This document shows, in pieces, positions 37,781 to 48,080 of a stretch of 61,284 nt of DNA; within the stretch, counting starts at the first letter, position 1, and the number at the start of each line of letters is the position of its first letter. Location of the stretch: positions 1 through 61,284 of IMG/VR virus record IMGVR_UViG_3300028115_001382. One strand, given 5' to 3'. The notes under the pieces are model-generated. The model was not told where the DNA came from, made no database searches, and saw only the letters and a program-made list of their open reading frames with translations. The DNA is from a virus. Lineage: Duplodnaviria; Caudoviricetes. The translations under genes were made by a program, and so were the position numbers.

Positions 37781-38347
37781 ATGAATACCTTTTACTTTGT
37801 TGCTTTTACATATGTTTTTTATATGACAATAGTTTCTATTGGCATAACTTTTGGATATCATAGATACTTTGCTCATAGAGATTTTAGAGTGCCAGCATGG
37901 GCAGAAGTGTTAATACTTTACTTAGGTGTTTTATGCGGCGGTAGATCTCCACTTACTTGGGTAGGAGTTCATAGAATGCATCACGCTTACAGCGACACTG
38001 AAAAAGACCCTCATTGTAAAAAATATCAACCGTGGTATGTAATACTTTTTAGTTTATGGAGAGTAGAAAGTATTCCGCGTAGATTTATCAAAGACATGTT
38101 AATTAATCCTAGAGTAATGTTTTTCCACAAATATAGAAATTTTATTTACGTAATAACATTGCTAGTTTCTTTTATACTTTTTGGCTATCAAAGTTTGATA
38201 GTTTTAACATCAGTATACTTGCTTTCATATATAGGTTTTGGTGCTTTAAATCTTTGGGGACATGACAACAACGGACCTATAAACAATGTTTGGGTTAATT
38301 TAATTGCTCCCTTTGAAGGCAACCATAAAGATCATCACGAAGCATAA
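37781..38347 (+). CDS. membrane fatty acid desaturase (delta-9-like)
   Basis: His boxes HRYFAH, HRMHH, HKDHH; transmembrane segments. Confidence 0.85.
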   Translation: MNTFYFVAFTYVFYMTIVSIGITFGYHRYFAHRDFRVPAWAEVLILYLGVLCGGRSPLTWVGVHRMHHAYSDTEKDPHCKKYQPWYVILFSLWRVESIPRRFIKDMLINPRVMFFHKYRNFIYVITLLVSFILFGYQSLIVLTSVYLLSYIGFGALNLWGHDNNGPINNVWVNLIAPFEGNHKDHHEA

Positions 38348-39113
38348 TGTTAAAAGAAAAAATTTTACAGCAATCACTGGCAGTGAGAACTCCAGTGCTA
38401 AAACAAGTAGAAGATGTCGCTCGTAAAGTACGTGTAGACTTTGATAGTGTAAAACCTTATAAAACAGATATTGTAAATGGTTAAGACCAATAATCAATTT
38501 AGAGGGTTATTATGTATATCCAATGAATGGATGTACTGAAGGACTTAACTGGTGGTACAATCAAGAGTACAGAGGTGTACATATGGCACCAGGAGATTAT
38601 CAGTGGATTAAACCAACCGATCGATGCGCCAAGATAGTATACATGAGTATCCCTAGCGCAATTAACGGAAATTTTGTTGAACTACCAATTTTAGATCCTG
38701 TAGCACTAGATCTAGCATATGTAGGAAGCACTAAGATACAATATATACACAATTTTGGTAATGTTGAGTATGCTTTCTTTAGTTTGTCAAAAGCGTTCGG
38801 TTTACGCAATATCCGCACAGGATGGATGTTTACTAAGAAACCTGAGGAACGACTAGAATCATTAACGCATAGTGCGAAATATTTTAATTATTACGCACAT
38901 GATGTTGCCGAAACTATAATAAGTAATTTTGATATTGACTATATACATAATACACTGTATAATAAACAGAAAGACATTTGTGAAAAATTAGATTTTACAC
39001 CCAGTGACACTGTTTGGTTGGCTACTACACAAAATAAAGAATACGCAAAGTTTATGCGTGACGGCAAAACAGCAAGAATATCTATAGCAGGAGTTATGAA
39101 TGAAGAAACATGA
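38347..39113 (+). pseudogene. PLP-dependent enzyme split by a 1-nt frameshift near 38475 (or assembly error)
   Basis: ATG 38347 frame stops at 38484; -1 frame continues KWLRPIINL...NGCTEG...FSLSKAFG..RTG. Confidence 0.55.
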
Positions 39114-39711
39114 TTTACCAACAATACACAATTTTAACCTAGATATCGATGTTAAAGAACTACAGTACGAAGCACATAAACTATACGAAAAGTTCACCGA
39201 TGTTCGCACTGCGAATCCTATGCTATGTGACAATCATATGGAACTGGTAGCAGATGTGTATGATAACTTTGAACAAATCAATTTGACAGAGCCAAGTGAA
39301 ATACTTCCATACGAACCAAGTATTAAAAAACGTTTACAACGTAGAGAAGAACATTTATATAATGTTCCTACAGAAGATTACACAGAAAGTTATTTTGAAA
39401 AAATTGTAAAGCAACTGAAGGCGCCAGCAAGTAGGGTAAGAATTACAAAACTGGCTTCAGGTAAAAATATTCCATTCCATGTAGACTATGATGTGAATTA
39501 TGCTGTTCGTTGTATTTGTCCTATATATGGAGATAATCAAGTTATCAACTTATTCAAAAGAGATGGTAAATTAGAAGCATATACACTAGAACCCGGTAAT
39601 GCTTATTTCCTAAATATTGGATATCCACACGCTGTTGTTAATATGAGTAAAGCACCAAGAATTGCTTTGATGTTTAGTTTAGATGGAACTGCTGATCTTG
39701 AAAACATATGA
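39100..39711 (+). CDS. Asp/Asn beta-hydroxylase-like 2OG-Fe(II) oxygenase
   Basis: RVRI..L, FHVD, PHAVVN...RI. Confidence 0.75.
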   Translation: MKKHDLPTIHNFNLDIDVKELQYEAHKLYEKFTDVRTANPMLCDNHMELVADVYDNFEQINLTEPSEILPYEPSIKKRLQRREEHLYNVPTEDYTESYFEKIVKQLKAPASRVRITKLASGKNIPFHVDYDVNYAVRCICPIYGDNQVINLFKRDGKLEAYTLEPGNAYFLNIGYPHAVVNMSKAPRIALMFSLDGTADLENI

Positions 39712-40694
39712 TTGTACATTATCCAGAATTTTTAGATGAAAAAAATTTTCATTATTGGCAACCATACAAAGATGTATTCTTTGATTACTTCTTTGAACAA
39801 TACAAAAATGAAGATACTATTGTGTTTTTTCATCCTACAGAATATGGCACATTAATAGAAGACAAAAAATTTTTCAAACGTGTTTTAGAATTTTGCGAAC
39901 AAAACAATATAGACTTTACTGTATGGCTTGGACATCATAATAATTACTCACATAAAAACGTAGTAAATTGGAAATGGTTTTGTGCTTTATACACACTATA
40001 TATGAAAAAACATATGGAAAACAAGTTTGGCACATTTGATAGAAACATAACATTAGACAAACTATTTACTTGTTATAATTATAAAGCAAGATTACATAGA
40101 TGTATGCTTATAGATTTGTTATACAAAAACAATTTACAAGATTTAGGTTATATTAGTTGGCATAACATTTATGAAGACAGCAAAAAATCTTGGCAATATA
40201 ATTTTGAACATTTTACTCCTAAAAAAATTGTGTTTGATGAGTATTTTGATCCACAAAATTATTTAGGCCATTTATGTAATCATTATAGTTTTTACAATAG
40301 TGTATTTAATATTGTTACAGAATCAAGAGCACATAATATAGAATTAAGTGAAAAAACTTTTTGGTGTATTTGGAGCAAAAAACCTTTTTTAATTTTAGGC
40401 GCAAAAGGAATACACACTTATTTAGAAAGTTACGGCATCAAAAAATATCCAATTTTTGATTACAGTTTTGATAATTTTGATTCACTTGAGGATAGAGTAC
40501 GAGGCATAATAAAAAATGTAAAGTCTCTCAAAGGCACAGATTATCAAATGCTTTGTAATCAATGTTTAGATATTTCTGAAAATAATTATAATGTAATGTA
40601 TAAAATATGTAAGACAGATCCTATTAAAGAAAAATTTTTAAAATTAAATTACAATGATCCGCATTATGAATATTACAAGGAATTAGTAACATGA
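39708..40694 (+). CDS. hypothetical, glycosyltransferase-like family
   Basis: IVTES...SEKTF...KPF...FDYSFD. Confidence 0.55.
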   Translation: MIVHYPEFLDEKNFHYWQPYKDVFFDYFFEQYKNEDTIVFFHPTEYGTLIEDKKFFKRVLEFCEQNNIDFTVWLGHHNNYSHKNVVNWKWFCALYTLYMKKHMENKFGTFDRNITLDKLFTCYNYKARLHRCMLIDLLYKNNLQDLGYISWHNIYEDSKKSWQYNFEHFTPKKIVFDEYFDPQNYLGHLCNHYSFYNSVFNIVTESRAHNIELSEKTFWCIWSKKPFLILGAKGIHTYLESYGIKKYPIFDYSFDNFDSLEDRVRGIIKNVKSLKGTDYQMLCNQCLDISENNYNVMYKICKTDPIKEKFLKLNYNDPHYEYYKELVT

Positions 40695-41266
40695 TTATAG
40701 TAACTGGAGGTATACATAGAAGCGGAACAACATGGCTATATAATTGTGTAAAAAATTTGTTTGACGAATACAATTATTGCTTTTATGAAAATATTAATTT
40801 ATATCCTAATACCATATATAAATCACACACTTGGCATGAAGAATTTTTAAACACAGATAGTATACTGATAACAAGAGATATAAGAAGTGTAGCAGCAAGT
40901 TTATTATCTTTCAAACCTTTGAAAAATTATTATAATTTAAATGAAAATAATATAATTAGACACTTAGAAAAAATAGTTATTAAAGAGTGTGAACTGTGGC
41001 AACCAAAACTAAAATTAAAATACGAAGACGGTAAACTAAAAAATACACAAAAAATAATTGATCATTTTTTAATTGATAAAAATGCTGAATCAATTGTACA
41101 AAAAACCAATCAAATAGAACAACCAAAACACACAAGAGATATACATACCGAGCTATGGCCTAACCATATAACAGGCAGTAGCATGGCAAACTTACCAGTC
41201 AAGTTATGCGATGAAATAAGTATACACTTTGGATGGTGGCTAGAAAAACATGGATACAGAATATGA
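40691..41266 (+). CDS. sulfotransferase-like P-loop protein
   Basis: GIHRSGTTWL, KSH, RDIRSVAAS, KYED. Confidence 0.65.
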   Translation: MIIVTGGIHRSGTTWLYNCVKNLFDEYNYCFYENINLYPNTIYKSHTWHEEFLNTDSILITRDIRSVAASLLSFKPLKNYYNLNENNIIRHLEKIVIKECELWQPKLKLKYEDGKLKNTQKIIDHFLIDKNAESIVQKTNQIEQPKHTRDIHTELWPNHITGSSMANLPVKLCDEISIHFGWWLEKHGYRI

Positions 41267-41925
41267 GCAATGTAGAAACTAACCCTAACATGGATATTAA
41301 AGTTTACAATAATGTTTATGTAAAAGAATACAAACCTGAATACAGAGAATATGTTGAATTATTTCGTATGAAGGCTCTAGCAGAAAACAATGATAGTTTG
41401 CGGCCAGAAAAATACAATCCTGACGAAGTAGATGGTCAAACTTGGATGACATATATTGATAGCGAACTGGCTAGTATCAGTGTTGTAGAACGCAGTCATT
41501 ATACCGGCGATCCTGATATTGCTGGTAGAATTTGTCGTTATCATATACTTAAAAAGTTTAGACACAGCAATGCTGGTTTTAGGATGCTTCCAAATCAAGT
41601 ACAATGGGCAAAAGATAACGGATTAAAAGTATTATACTGGACTCACAATGTAAACAACAAAGCATTAAATGCTATGTATCAAGGCAAAAAACGAATGGGT
41701 ATGCGGGGTAAAGAAGTTCCATACTTTATGACAGATACATATCGTGCTTTTCAATTACAACCTGATATGATTTTCAAAGTCAGTGAAAAGTCAGATTTTC
41801 TACAATACGTCTACGCAAACATATTAGAAGAAGGCTACACATGGCGTCCTAATTATAAAACCATTTTGTACCATCCACACAACGGAGATATCACAGAAGA
41901 GGTAAAATCTGCGGTGTTAAGTTAA
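41263..41925 (+). CDS. GNAT-like acyltransferase
   Basis: ICRYHILKKFRHSNAG...WAKDNGLKVLYWT. Confidence 0.55.
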   Translation: MSNVETNPNMDIKVYNNVYVKEYKPEYREYVELFRMKALAENNDSLRPEKYNPDEVDGQTWMTYIDSELASISVVERSHYTGDPDIAGRICRYHILKKFRHSNAGFRMLPNQVQWAKDNGLKVLYWTHNVNNKALNAMYQGKKRMGMRGKEVPYFMTDTYRAFQLQPDMIFKVSEKSDFLQYVYANILEEGYTWRPNYKTILYHPHNGDITEEVKSAVLS

Positions 41926-42434
41926 TCATGTCCGTCGTCTGTTCTCATATTAAATGTAGAATCTGATTGAAAAACTGTAATAGCACTTCTTTTCCTAACT
42001 TGTCCTCTCACATCGTGATGTATATCAACAGCAATTTTATGCCACGTATGCGCAGGAATTACTTCTTGATATAAAAGTTTTTCTTTTTCTTCTGCTTCTG
42101 TATGTGTGTCACATCTACCAGTATACCATTGAGTGTATACTTCATCTCCTCCAGGATCTATAATATAATTATAAGCAGTTCTTCTGCCACTATCCATATG
42201 TATACCTAATGTTTTGCCAACCACTTGATAGTATATATTGTTAGAAATATCAAAATCAAAAAAAGGCTGACAATAATCTATTATTTTTTTATCTGTAATG
42301 CTGTGCATACTAAAATATTCACGTTCACTTGGACTATGCGAATCTTGATACTTTTGTTGAATCAACTCGCCATCTTGGTCAAGCCATTCTACAGGAATTT
42401 TTTTCCAGTCAAAATATTCCAAATAAGGTTTCAT
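41922..42434 (-). CDS. 2OG-Fe(II) oxygenase-like
   Basis: IHMD...IHHDV...R. Confidence 0.6.
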   Translation of the reverse strand: MKPYLEYFDWKKIPVEWLDQDGELIQQKYQDSHSPSEREYFSMHSITDKKIIDYCQPFFDFDISNNIYYQVVGKTLGIHMDSGRRTAYNYIIDPGGDEVYTQWYTGRCDTHTEAEEKEKLLYQEVIPAHTWHKIAVDIHHDVRGQVRKRSAITVFQSDSTFNMRTDDGHD

Positions 42435-43018
42435 AGTAAACTCCTTTCTTTTAGTTTGTTGAGTATAAAATTTGCTAACCACTTGTTTCCATTATTGCCG
42501 AAATGAAAATTGTCATCACACAAAAATTCTTCGTACTTATTGTTGCCTAAATAATTACGAATACAATCTATACCTTTATATGGATTGTTTTGTGAGAAAA
42601 CATAATCGGATCTACTTGTAGCAAATTCAATGTATGATTTAGTTTGTATATATTCTAAAGGTTCTGTAAAAAGAGGAAAGTATTGTTTTGAGAAATCTGT
42701 GGTACCAGGATAATGATAAATCATATTCACATGATCAAAACATCTATAATTTTTATATTTTTGAATTGACTGCTCGTTAAAATCTACCCACTGCCAAGAC
42801 ACGAACCTAGGCGATCCTGTGAGTTGTATAATGTTTACGGCATTTTTGTCATAAGTTTTATCTAACATATAACACATAAAAGCTAAACTACTTCCAGTAT
42901 AAGCATAATTATTAAAATTTACATCAGGTAACATTTTTGATAATTCAGTTGCCCAACTTTCAAAATCATGCTCTTTGATGCCGTGGCTGAAACTACAACC
43001 GTAAATGTTGATATTCAT
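42431..43018 (-). CDS. SGNH/GDSL-like protein
   Basis: GCSFS, G.S, DNFH (DxxH). Confidence 0.6.
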   Translation of the reverse strand: MNINIYGCSFSHGIKEHDFESWATELSKMLPDVNFNNYAYTGSSLAFMCYMLDKTYDKNAVNIIQLTGSPRFVSWQWVDFNEQSIQKYKNYRCFDHVNMIYHYPGTTDFSKQYFPLFTEPLEYIQTKSYIEFATSRSDYVFSQNNPYKGIDCIRNYLGNNKYEEFLCDDNFHFGNNGNKWLANFILNKLKERSLL

Positions 43019-43545
43019 CTGATTAATAAGCCTCTGTCATTTAAATCTTTTACAACTTCGTATGTATAGGGCTCTAAAAAACATACACTTAAATTTATGC
43101 GTGGTGTTTTGCTTTTTGTGTTATCTACTCCGTGGGGAACATTTTTAAATAATATTGGCGTGGTGTAAATTACACTTTCTTTTATTGTGCCAGAATGGTC
43201 AGTGAACTTTTTTTCGTTGCCACATATACCATTCCATTCAGGAATGTCCCAAAAGTCTAAACTTGTATCTTCATAACTATCTGTACAAGGAATAAGTATA
43301 CCAGCAGTTCTGCCATTGTCAATATGGGGTAATAAGTATTCTCCTGCTTGTGCTGCTACAAGCAATCCCATATAACTCCATATAGGTAATATTTGATCTG
43401 TGAGCCATTTGGGTTCATATTTTTTGTACCTTTGAACATAACCATATCCCCATTCTTCAGGCGTAATAGTTTGCCATTCGGTTTCATTTTCTATTACATG
43501 TTGTATATCATCATGATCTACTTTAATATTTAAAAAATCATACAT
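43015..43545 (-). CDS. 2OG-Fe(II) oxygenase-like
   Basis: PHID...PHGVDN...RINLS. Confidence 0.65.
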   Translation of the reverse strand: MYDFLNIKVDHDDIQHVIENETEWQTITPEEWGYGYVQRYKKYEPKWLTDQILPIWSYMGLLVAAQAGEYLLPHIDNGRTAGILIPCTDSYEDTSLDFWDIPEWNGICGNEKKFTDHSGTIKESVIYTTPILFKNVPHGVDNTKSKTPRINLSVCFLEPYTYEVVKDLNDRGLLIR

Positions 43546-44131
43546 CTAAATCTTCAATTATATATTCTTTTACTTGTTTTTTTATTTGCTTGTATGTTTT
43601 ACCATATACCAAACTACTAAAACAATAACTTAATTTTTTGTCTTTGTTCCATCCGTTGTGTAGTTTACTAGTATCAATAACTGTAAATCTATCATTTTCT
43701 AATTTGCGGATGTGTCCATTGCTTTCAACTTCTATATTTCCGTATACTGGAAATAAAATACTTGTGTTAATAAAATCATCAGCTACAGCATTTACTGTTT
43801 CATCTTCGGCATCATACACATCATAATGTGAACCTACTTCTGTATTTGGAAGTATATTAATAAAATGAGATTCAACAAATGTGCCAAAAAATTTGCTCAT
43901 TTGTTTATCTAACTCAAATAATTCATGATTACCAATATGATAGTTTCCTGTGTTAATTACTTGTCCATTTGCTGTCCTTAAGACATTAGAAAATCCGTCA
44001 TAATTGTGTAAGTCTGTATCAACAAAATTCTTCCTCCATTCAGCATGAAACAAATAATTATAAGTATTATCATTTTGAATGTCAAAATCAAATATGTTTC
44101 GAAAACTAAACAAGATCAATCCTTTTAACAT
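43538..44131 (-). CDS. 2OG-Fe(II) oxygenase-like
   Basis: SHYD...LHNGWN. Confidence 0.6.
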   Translation of the reverse strand: MLKGLILFSFRNIFDFDIQNDNTYNYLFHAEWRKNFVDTDLHNYDGFSNVLRTANGQVINTGNYHIGNHELFELDKQMSKFFGTFVESHFINILPNTEVGSHYDVYDAEDETVNAVADDFINTSILFPVYGNIEVESNGHIRKLENDRFTVIDTSKLHNGWNKDKKLSYCFSSLVYGKTYKQIKKQVKEYIIEDLDV

Positions 44132-44804
44132 TAGGGTTTTCTATCAGATACTTAATAGCTAAACAAACATCATAATCTGTTGATTTTTCGTATCTAATTG
44201 TACGGTTATGATTCAGTGATAGTAAGCCATTTGTGATTTTTGAAATAGTATTGGTTCGGCTATCATCACAGTTAAAATATTTTTCAATTACTGTGTTGTC
44301 AAATTCTAAAGTAATTGGATAAGTTTGAATCCATTCGCTAACTAATGTGTTATTTTTAGCCTTGCTTACAATTTCGTCATATGATTTATCAAAATGAAAA
44401 AGCAAATTAAATCTATGTTTATCAGTATGATTGACACCGTTGTGTAAAGTTTTAGCATTGGTCAATACAGGACTGCTGTAATAATAATCTTCTTTACCTT
44501 CAAACTTTATTAGATGCGGTGTGTCATCAATAGGCACAATCAATGTGCAACCACGTGTGGCGTCTGTATGGTATCCAGTTTCGCTGTGTGGTGGTACCCA
44601 ACTAAAACTATAAGTAGTGCTATCTAACAAACTACCTTTTATTTTGTATGCTTCAATGTTTATAGGAAATAGTATGTCTTTATGGTCTAACACAGTTTTA
44701 CCACCATCTGGACTATAAGACGGCCATATGTCAATAGAGCTTACACAATCTTGAAGAACTTTGCGATTATAATCTAAACTTATTGGAAATATACAATTAT
44801 CCAT
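44106..44804 (-). CDS. 2OG-Fe(II) oxygenase-like
   Basis: YHTD...LHNGVN...RFNL. Confidence 0.65.
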   Translation of the reverse strand: MDNCIFPISLDYNRKVLQDCVSSIDIWPSYSPDGGKTVLDHKDILFPINIEAYKIKGSLLDSTTYSFSWVPPHSETGYHTDATRGCTLIVPIDDTPHLIKFEGKEDYYYSSPVLTNAKTLHNGVNHTDKHRFNLLFHFDKSYDEIVSKAKNNTLVSEWIQTYPITLEFDNTVIEKYFNCDDSRTNTISKITNGLLSLNHNRTIRYEKSTDYDVCLAIKYLIENPNVKRIDLV

Positions 44805-45360
44805 TATTTTTGTCCTTAGTCAGTGTAATGCTTTCTATACACTCTGGTGCGTTAATAATCCAATCTATAACTTCTGCTACATATTTTGTATTTAATTTTA
44901 CTTCGTCAGGATGATAACTATCAACAAGTGGAGTGTGCATATGTCCTAAACTTATGTATGTACACTTTATATTAGGAGTAACACTGTCTCTATTATGGTT
45001 AATTGTTTCACACAATTGTTTCAAAGCTAATTTTTCTGATCCATAACTGATATATTTTAACCAAGGTTGTTCTTTATTAATATGGTCGCTTATACTTCCT
45101 ATTGAAACAATATGAACGTTTTGTTTTGTTGCTTCAAACAACATATATAATTTGTGAAGTAATCTTACCTGACTATAGTTGTTCATTTTTTCCGTATAAC
45201 AGTTAAGAATAATTACATCATAATGTGTAGCTACATGACAAAATTTGTCCATGCCTTCGTCTGTAGATAAATCATATCCATTTGATCTACTAGCATAACT
45301 TGTATTGGTAATAGCACTTGCTAATCCATAATTAGGATTACCCGTTGTTAGTATTTTCAT
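44797..45360 (-). CDS. short SDR-like protein
   Basis: TTGNPNYGLA, SIGS, YGSEK; paralog of 8055. Confidence 0.65.
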   Translation of the reverse strand: MKILTTGNPNYGLASAITNTSYASRSNGYDLSTDEGMDKFCHVATHYDVIILNCYTEKMNNYSQVRLLHKLYMLFEATKQNVHIVSIGSISDHINKEQPWLKYISYGSEKLALKQLCETINHNRDSVTPNIKCTYISLGHMHTPLVDSYHPDEVKLNTKYVAEVIDWIINAPECIESITLTKDKNNG

Positions 45361-45667
45361 AGTTTTTTTGTTCTTGTATATTGCTGCTATAATATTGATC
45401 TATTTGTTTTTTAAAAGCCGAACGAGTATCATTAAAAACTATAGTCATATCACTGGTAATTGTATTTTGTCTATTGTAATTTTCAATAGCCCATAACTGT
45501 TTATTAATTGAATACAATACTGAAACAAAATGTTTGTTAAACTGATTTACTTTATCTTTATATTGTTCGATTTCGTCAGCAACATCTAATCCATGTTCTT
45601 CTTTTAACAATAGAATAGTGTATCTATCGATAAAGTCACTTACGCTTATTTCAACCTTTATACCCAT
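45338..45667 (-). CDS. hypothetical protein
   Basis: ISVSDFIDRYTILLLK...NKQLWAIE...EQKNY. Confidence 0.65.
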   Translation of the reverse strand: MGIKVEISVSDFIDRYTILLLKEEHGLDVADEIEQYKDKVNQFNKHFVSVLYSINKQLWAIENYNRQNTITSDMTIVFNDTRSAFKKQIDQYYSSNIQEQKNYENTNNG

Positions 45668-46340
45668 TTATAAATTCTTCTTCGCTTTGGAACTGTTTTA
45701 AATACTTATTTTCTTTTCCGTGTGCGTAATCTAATGCTGAATGTCTATGTGGCATTACAGGGTAATAATCTGTTCTAGAACTGTGAGCAACATGTGTCCA
45801 CCCTCCTTCTCTGCCAATACAATATTTGCTTGTTGAAATTAATTTACAGTTTTCTTCAATACTCATGTGATTTCCTAACTGTATAGGATTATCTAAATGT
45901 TGAACTATTTCTTCACTTACATTTCTTGGTAAGGTATAATCATGACCATTATATATTTCTTCTGGACCTGTTGTGTAATAACAAATATGTTTTTGTGGAT
46001 TCCGTTTGAACTTAGTAGGATAATACTTGTGCCTTAAAGTACACGGAATAGTTTGTATTTCTTCTTGTAAATATCCAGGTGCTTGTAGATTTTTTAAATT
46101 ATCTTGCCAAGATTGTTGATGATCAACATCTAAATGAATAGTTGGTTTTTTATTAATAATTACAGGATGTTTTGGCTCCTGAAAGCATGTTAATATTTCA
46201 CACCATTTACTGTAATTTCTGTCATTTAAACATAGGTCAATACTTAATTCGGTTTTTTGGTTACATAGCAACCAACTTATGTTTTGCCATAATCCTCCTA
46301 AACCCATGTAGTCAAAATTAAAAAACATTACCCTTTGCAT
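45651..46340 (-). CDS. glycosyltransferase-like (GT9-type C-terminal motif)
   Basis: GLGG; IGREGGWTHVA. Confidence 0.45.
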   Translation of the reverse strand: MQRVMFFNFDYMGLGGLWQNISWLLCNQKTELSIDLCLNDRNYSKWCEILTCFQEPKHPVIINKKPTIHLDVDHQQSWQDNLKNLQAPGYLQEEIQTIPCTLRHKYYPTKFKRNPQKHICYYTTGPEEIYNGHDYTLPRNVSEEIVQHLDNPIQLGNHMSIEENCKLISTSKYCIGREGGWTHVAHSSRTDYYPVMPHRHSALDYAHGKENKYLKQFQSEEEFINGYKG

Positions 46341-46798
46341 TTTTGCGCATACCAACTTAGAGGGAGATTTAAAAATTTATAATCTTCACCAGTGACTTTT
46401 CCTCTACAATTATTACTTCCACAATTACATTCAAGAATATAATCTTTCTTTGTTAACATAAAGGTACCATAGTCTACACACAGAAATTCATCTGTTTTTA
46501 TGTTATGTAAAGCTCTAAATACAATTTGCCCATCAATGTAAACATTAGGATTACAACTATGATTTATGTAGGCTTCGTATTCGCTTCCATTTGGTAAATC
46601 AAGCACAAGATCTTTATCAATGAGCAAACCTTTATACCAACCATGTTCGCTTGGTCTTCTAGCCATGCCTCCTATTACAAAAACAATATCATCTTTTTTT
46701 ATATCAGCTGTAGCATATCTACATAACCCATGTATAGGACTAGATTTTACGGCTGTATTTTTATGTAGATAACAATGATTCAAGTTTTGGATCCTCAA
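46328..46798 (-). CDS. SET-domain methyltransferase with post-SET
   Basis: IHGL, INHSCNPN, VDY, CNCGSNNCRG. Confidence 0.9.
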   Translation of the reverse strand: MRIQNLNHCYLHKNTAVKSSPIHGLCRYATADIKKDDIVFVIGGMARRPSEHGWYKGLLIDKDLVLDLPNGSEYEAYINHSCNPNVYIDGQIVFRALHNIKTDEFLCVDYGTFMLTKKDYILECNCGSNNCRGKVTGEDYKFLNLPLSWYAQKCKG

Positions 46799-47516
46799 AG
46801 TTAACTAAACATAATATATGATATCTATCATATCCTAATTTATTATTTACAGCATGATTGTGTTGAGTGTTTATAATCCATGCTTCATTGAATTTGTAAT
46901 TTTCAATATGTATTTTGTTGTCCATATACACTAACATTTGAGCATGTAGTGAAGTTATTAATGGAATATGTACATAGGCATGTGTATACACAGTTTCGTA
47001 ATAATTATGACTATGCCAATTAATTCTTTGCTGGTTATCAACTTTGCTGATCATTATACGATCACACATATCCCATGTAAATAAATCTTCTACAATACTT
47101 TTAATATAAGGAATTTGTTCGCATAATGTTGTATCTACAAGATGTTCAGGAGGCACTCTGCCATCAACTATTATATCTTGCTTTCCTAAAATTTCCATGA
47201 AATCAAGAGTTTCACCAAATCCAAAGTCTGAATCAGTATTAAAATTTCTTAAAAATTTAGCAGACCAATAGTGACTAATTCCTGCTCCTCGAGTTCCTTT
47301 GACATCATTATTATACCCGTGCCAGTTTTCTAAATCCTTTAATTCTTCTTCAATTTTATTTTTGTTTAAATTTAAATCAGCAAGTTTATAGTGAGGAACA
47401 TGTATTAATTTTTTTGCTAAAGAGTGCTTTGCTCTTTGGGGATCACAACGAGGAACACAAGATTTATCAAATGCTGGAGCATCTAAAATATTTTCTAGTT
47501 TCTTATGTAGTTTCAT
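46761..47516 (-). CDS. Asp/Asn beta-hydroxylase-like oxygenase
   Basis: WHSH, HIPLIT, HNHAVNN...RYH. Confidence 0.7.
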   Translation of the reverse strand: MKLHKKLENILDAPAFDKSCVPRCDPQRAKHSLAKKLIHVPHYKLADLNLNKNKIEEELKDLENWHGYNNDVKGTRGAGISHYWSAKFLRNFNTDSDFGFGETLDFMEILGKQDIIVDGRVPPEHLVDTTLCEQIPYIKSIVEDLFTWDMCDRIMISKVDNQQRINWHSHNYYETVYTHAYVHIPLITSLHAQMLVYMDNKIHIENYKFNEAWIINTQHNHAVNNKLGYDRYHILCLVNFEDPKLESLLST

Positions 47517-48046
47517 TACATCTCCAAATAAGGATTGTTTAAATTTTTTGTTTCCTCAGCGTTATTGAAAACAATATGTATACGATCCTGTCTAGTACCA
47601 TTTAAAAAATTATGTAATTCGTGTGTATTTGTCCAATATACTTTTCCAGGATACATTCTTACCGTAGTTTCTTTATCAGGAAAGTGCATATAAGTCTGTA
47701 AAGGTTTTGAAATTACCGGAATATGAAATCTTGTGTAATAGTCAATATGTGTTGTATAACAAGTCTTTGGCGGAAGATTCATTATACGAGCATGAGCTAC
47801 AGGAAAAGCCATACTACATAATAATTCCTTTAAGTATGTTCCTTCTAGTTTACTGTGGTAGTTTACAAATTTTTGTTCATCATTGCTAAGTTTATCACTT
47901 TTGCCTACACCGGCGTACCAATCTTCTACGTCAGCATATTGTAAGGCAATTTGATTAGACTTGTAGGGTATGTTTTTTGTAATTTGGTTAACATCATTTA
48001 CAAGTCTTTCAATGTCTACTTTATATTGTAGTTCTGAATAGACCAT
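47516..48046 (-). CDS. Asp/Asn beta-hydroxylase-like oxygenase
   Basis: RIM.L.P..CY.THID, RFHIP, HNFLNG...RIH. Confidence 0.75.
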   Translation of the reverse strand: MVYSELQYKVDIERLVNDVNQITKNIPYKSNQIALQYADVEDWYAGVGKSDKLSNDEQKFVNYHSKLEGTYLKELLCSMAFPVAHARIMNLPPKTCYTTHIDYYTRFHIPVISKPLQTYMHFPDKETTVRMYPGKVYWTNTHELHNFLNGTRQDRIHIVFNNAEETKNLNNPYLEM

Positions 48047-48051
48047 AAGTT

Positions 48052-48080
48052 ATTATACAAATAAATTTTGTTTTTGTCAA
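48052..48080 (-). promoter_or_regulatory. perfect sigma70 promoter, leaderless arrangement
   Basis: Minus-strand TTGACA-N17-TATAAT, 5 nt before ATG 48046. Confidence 0.7.
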
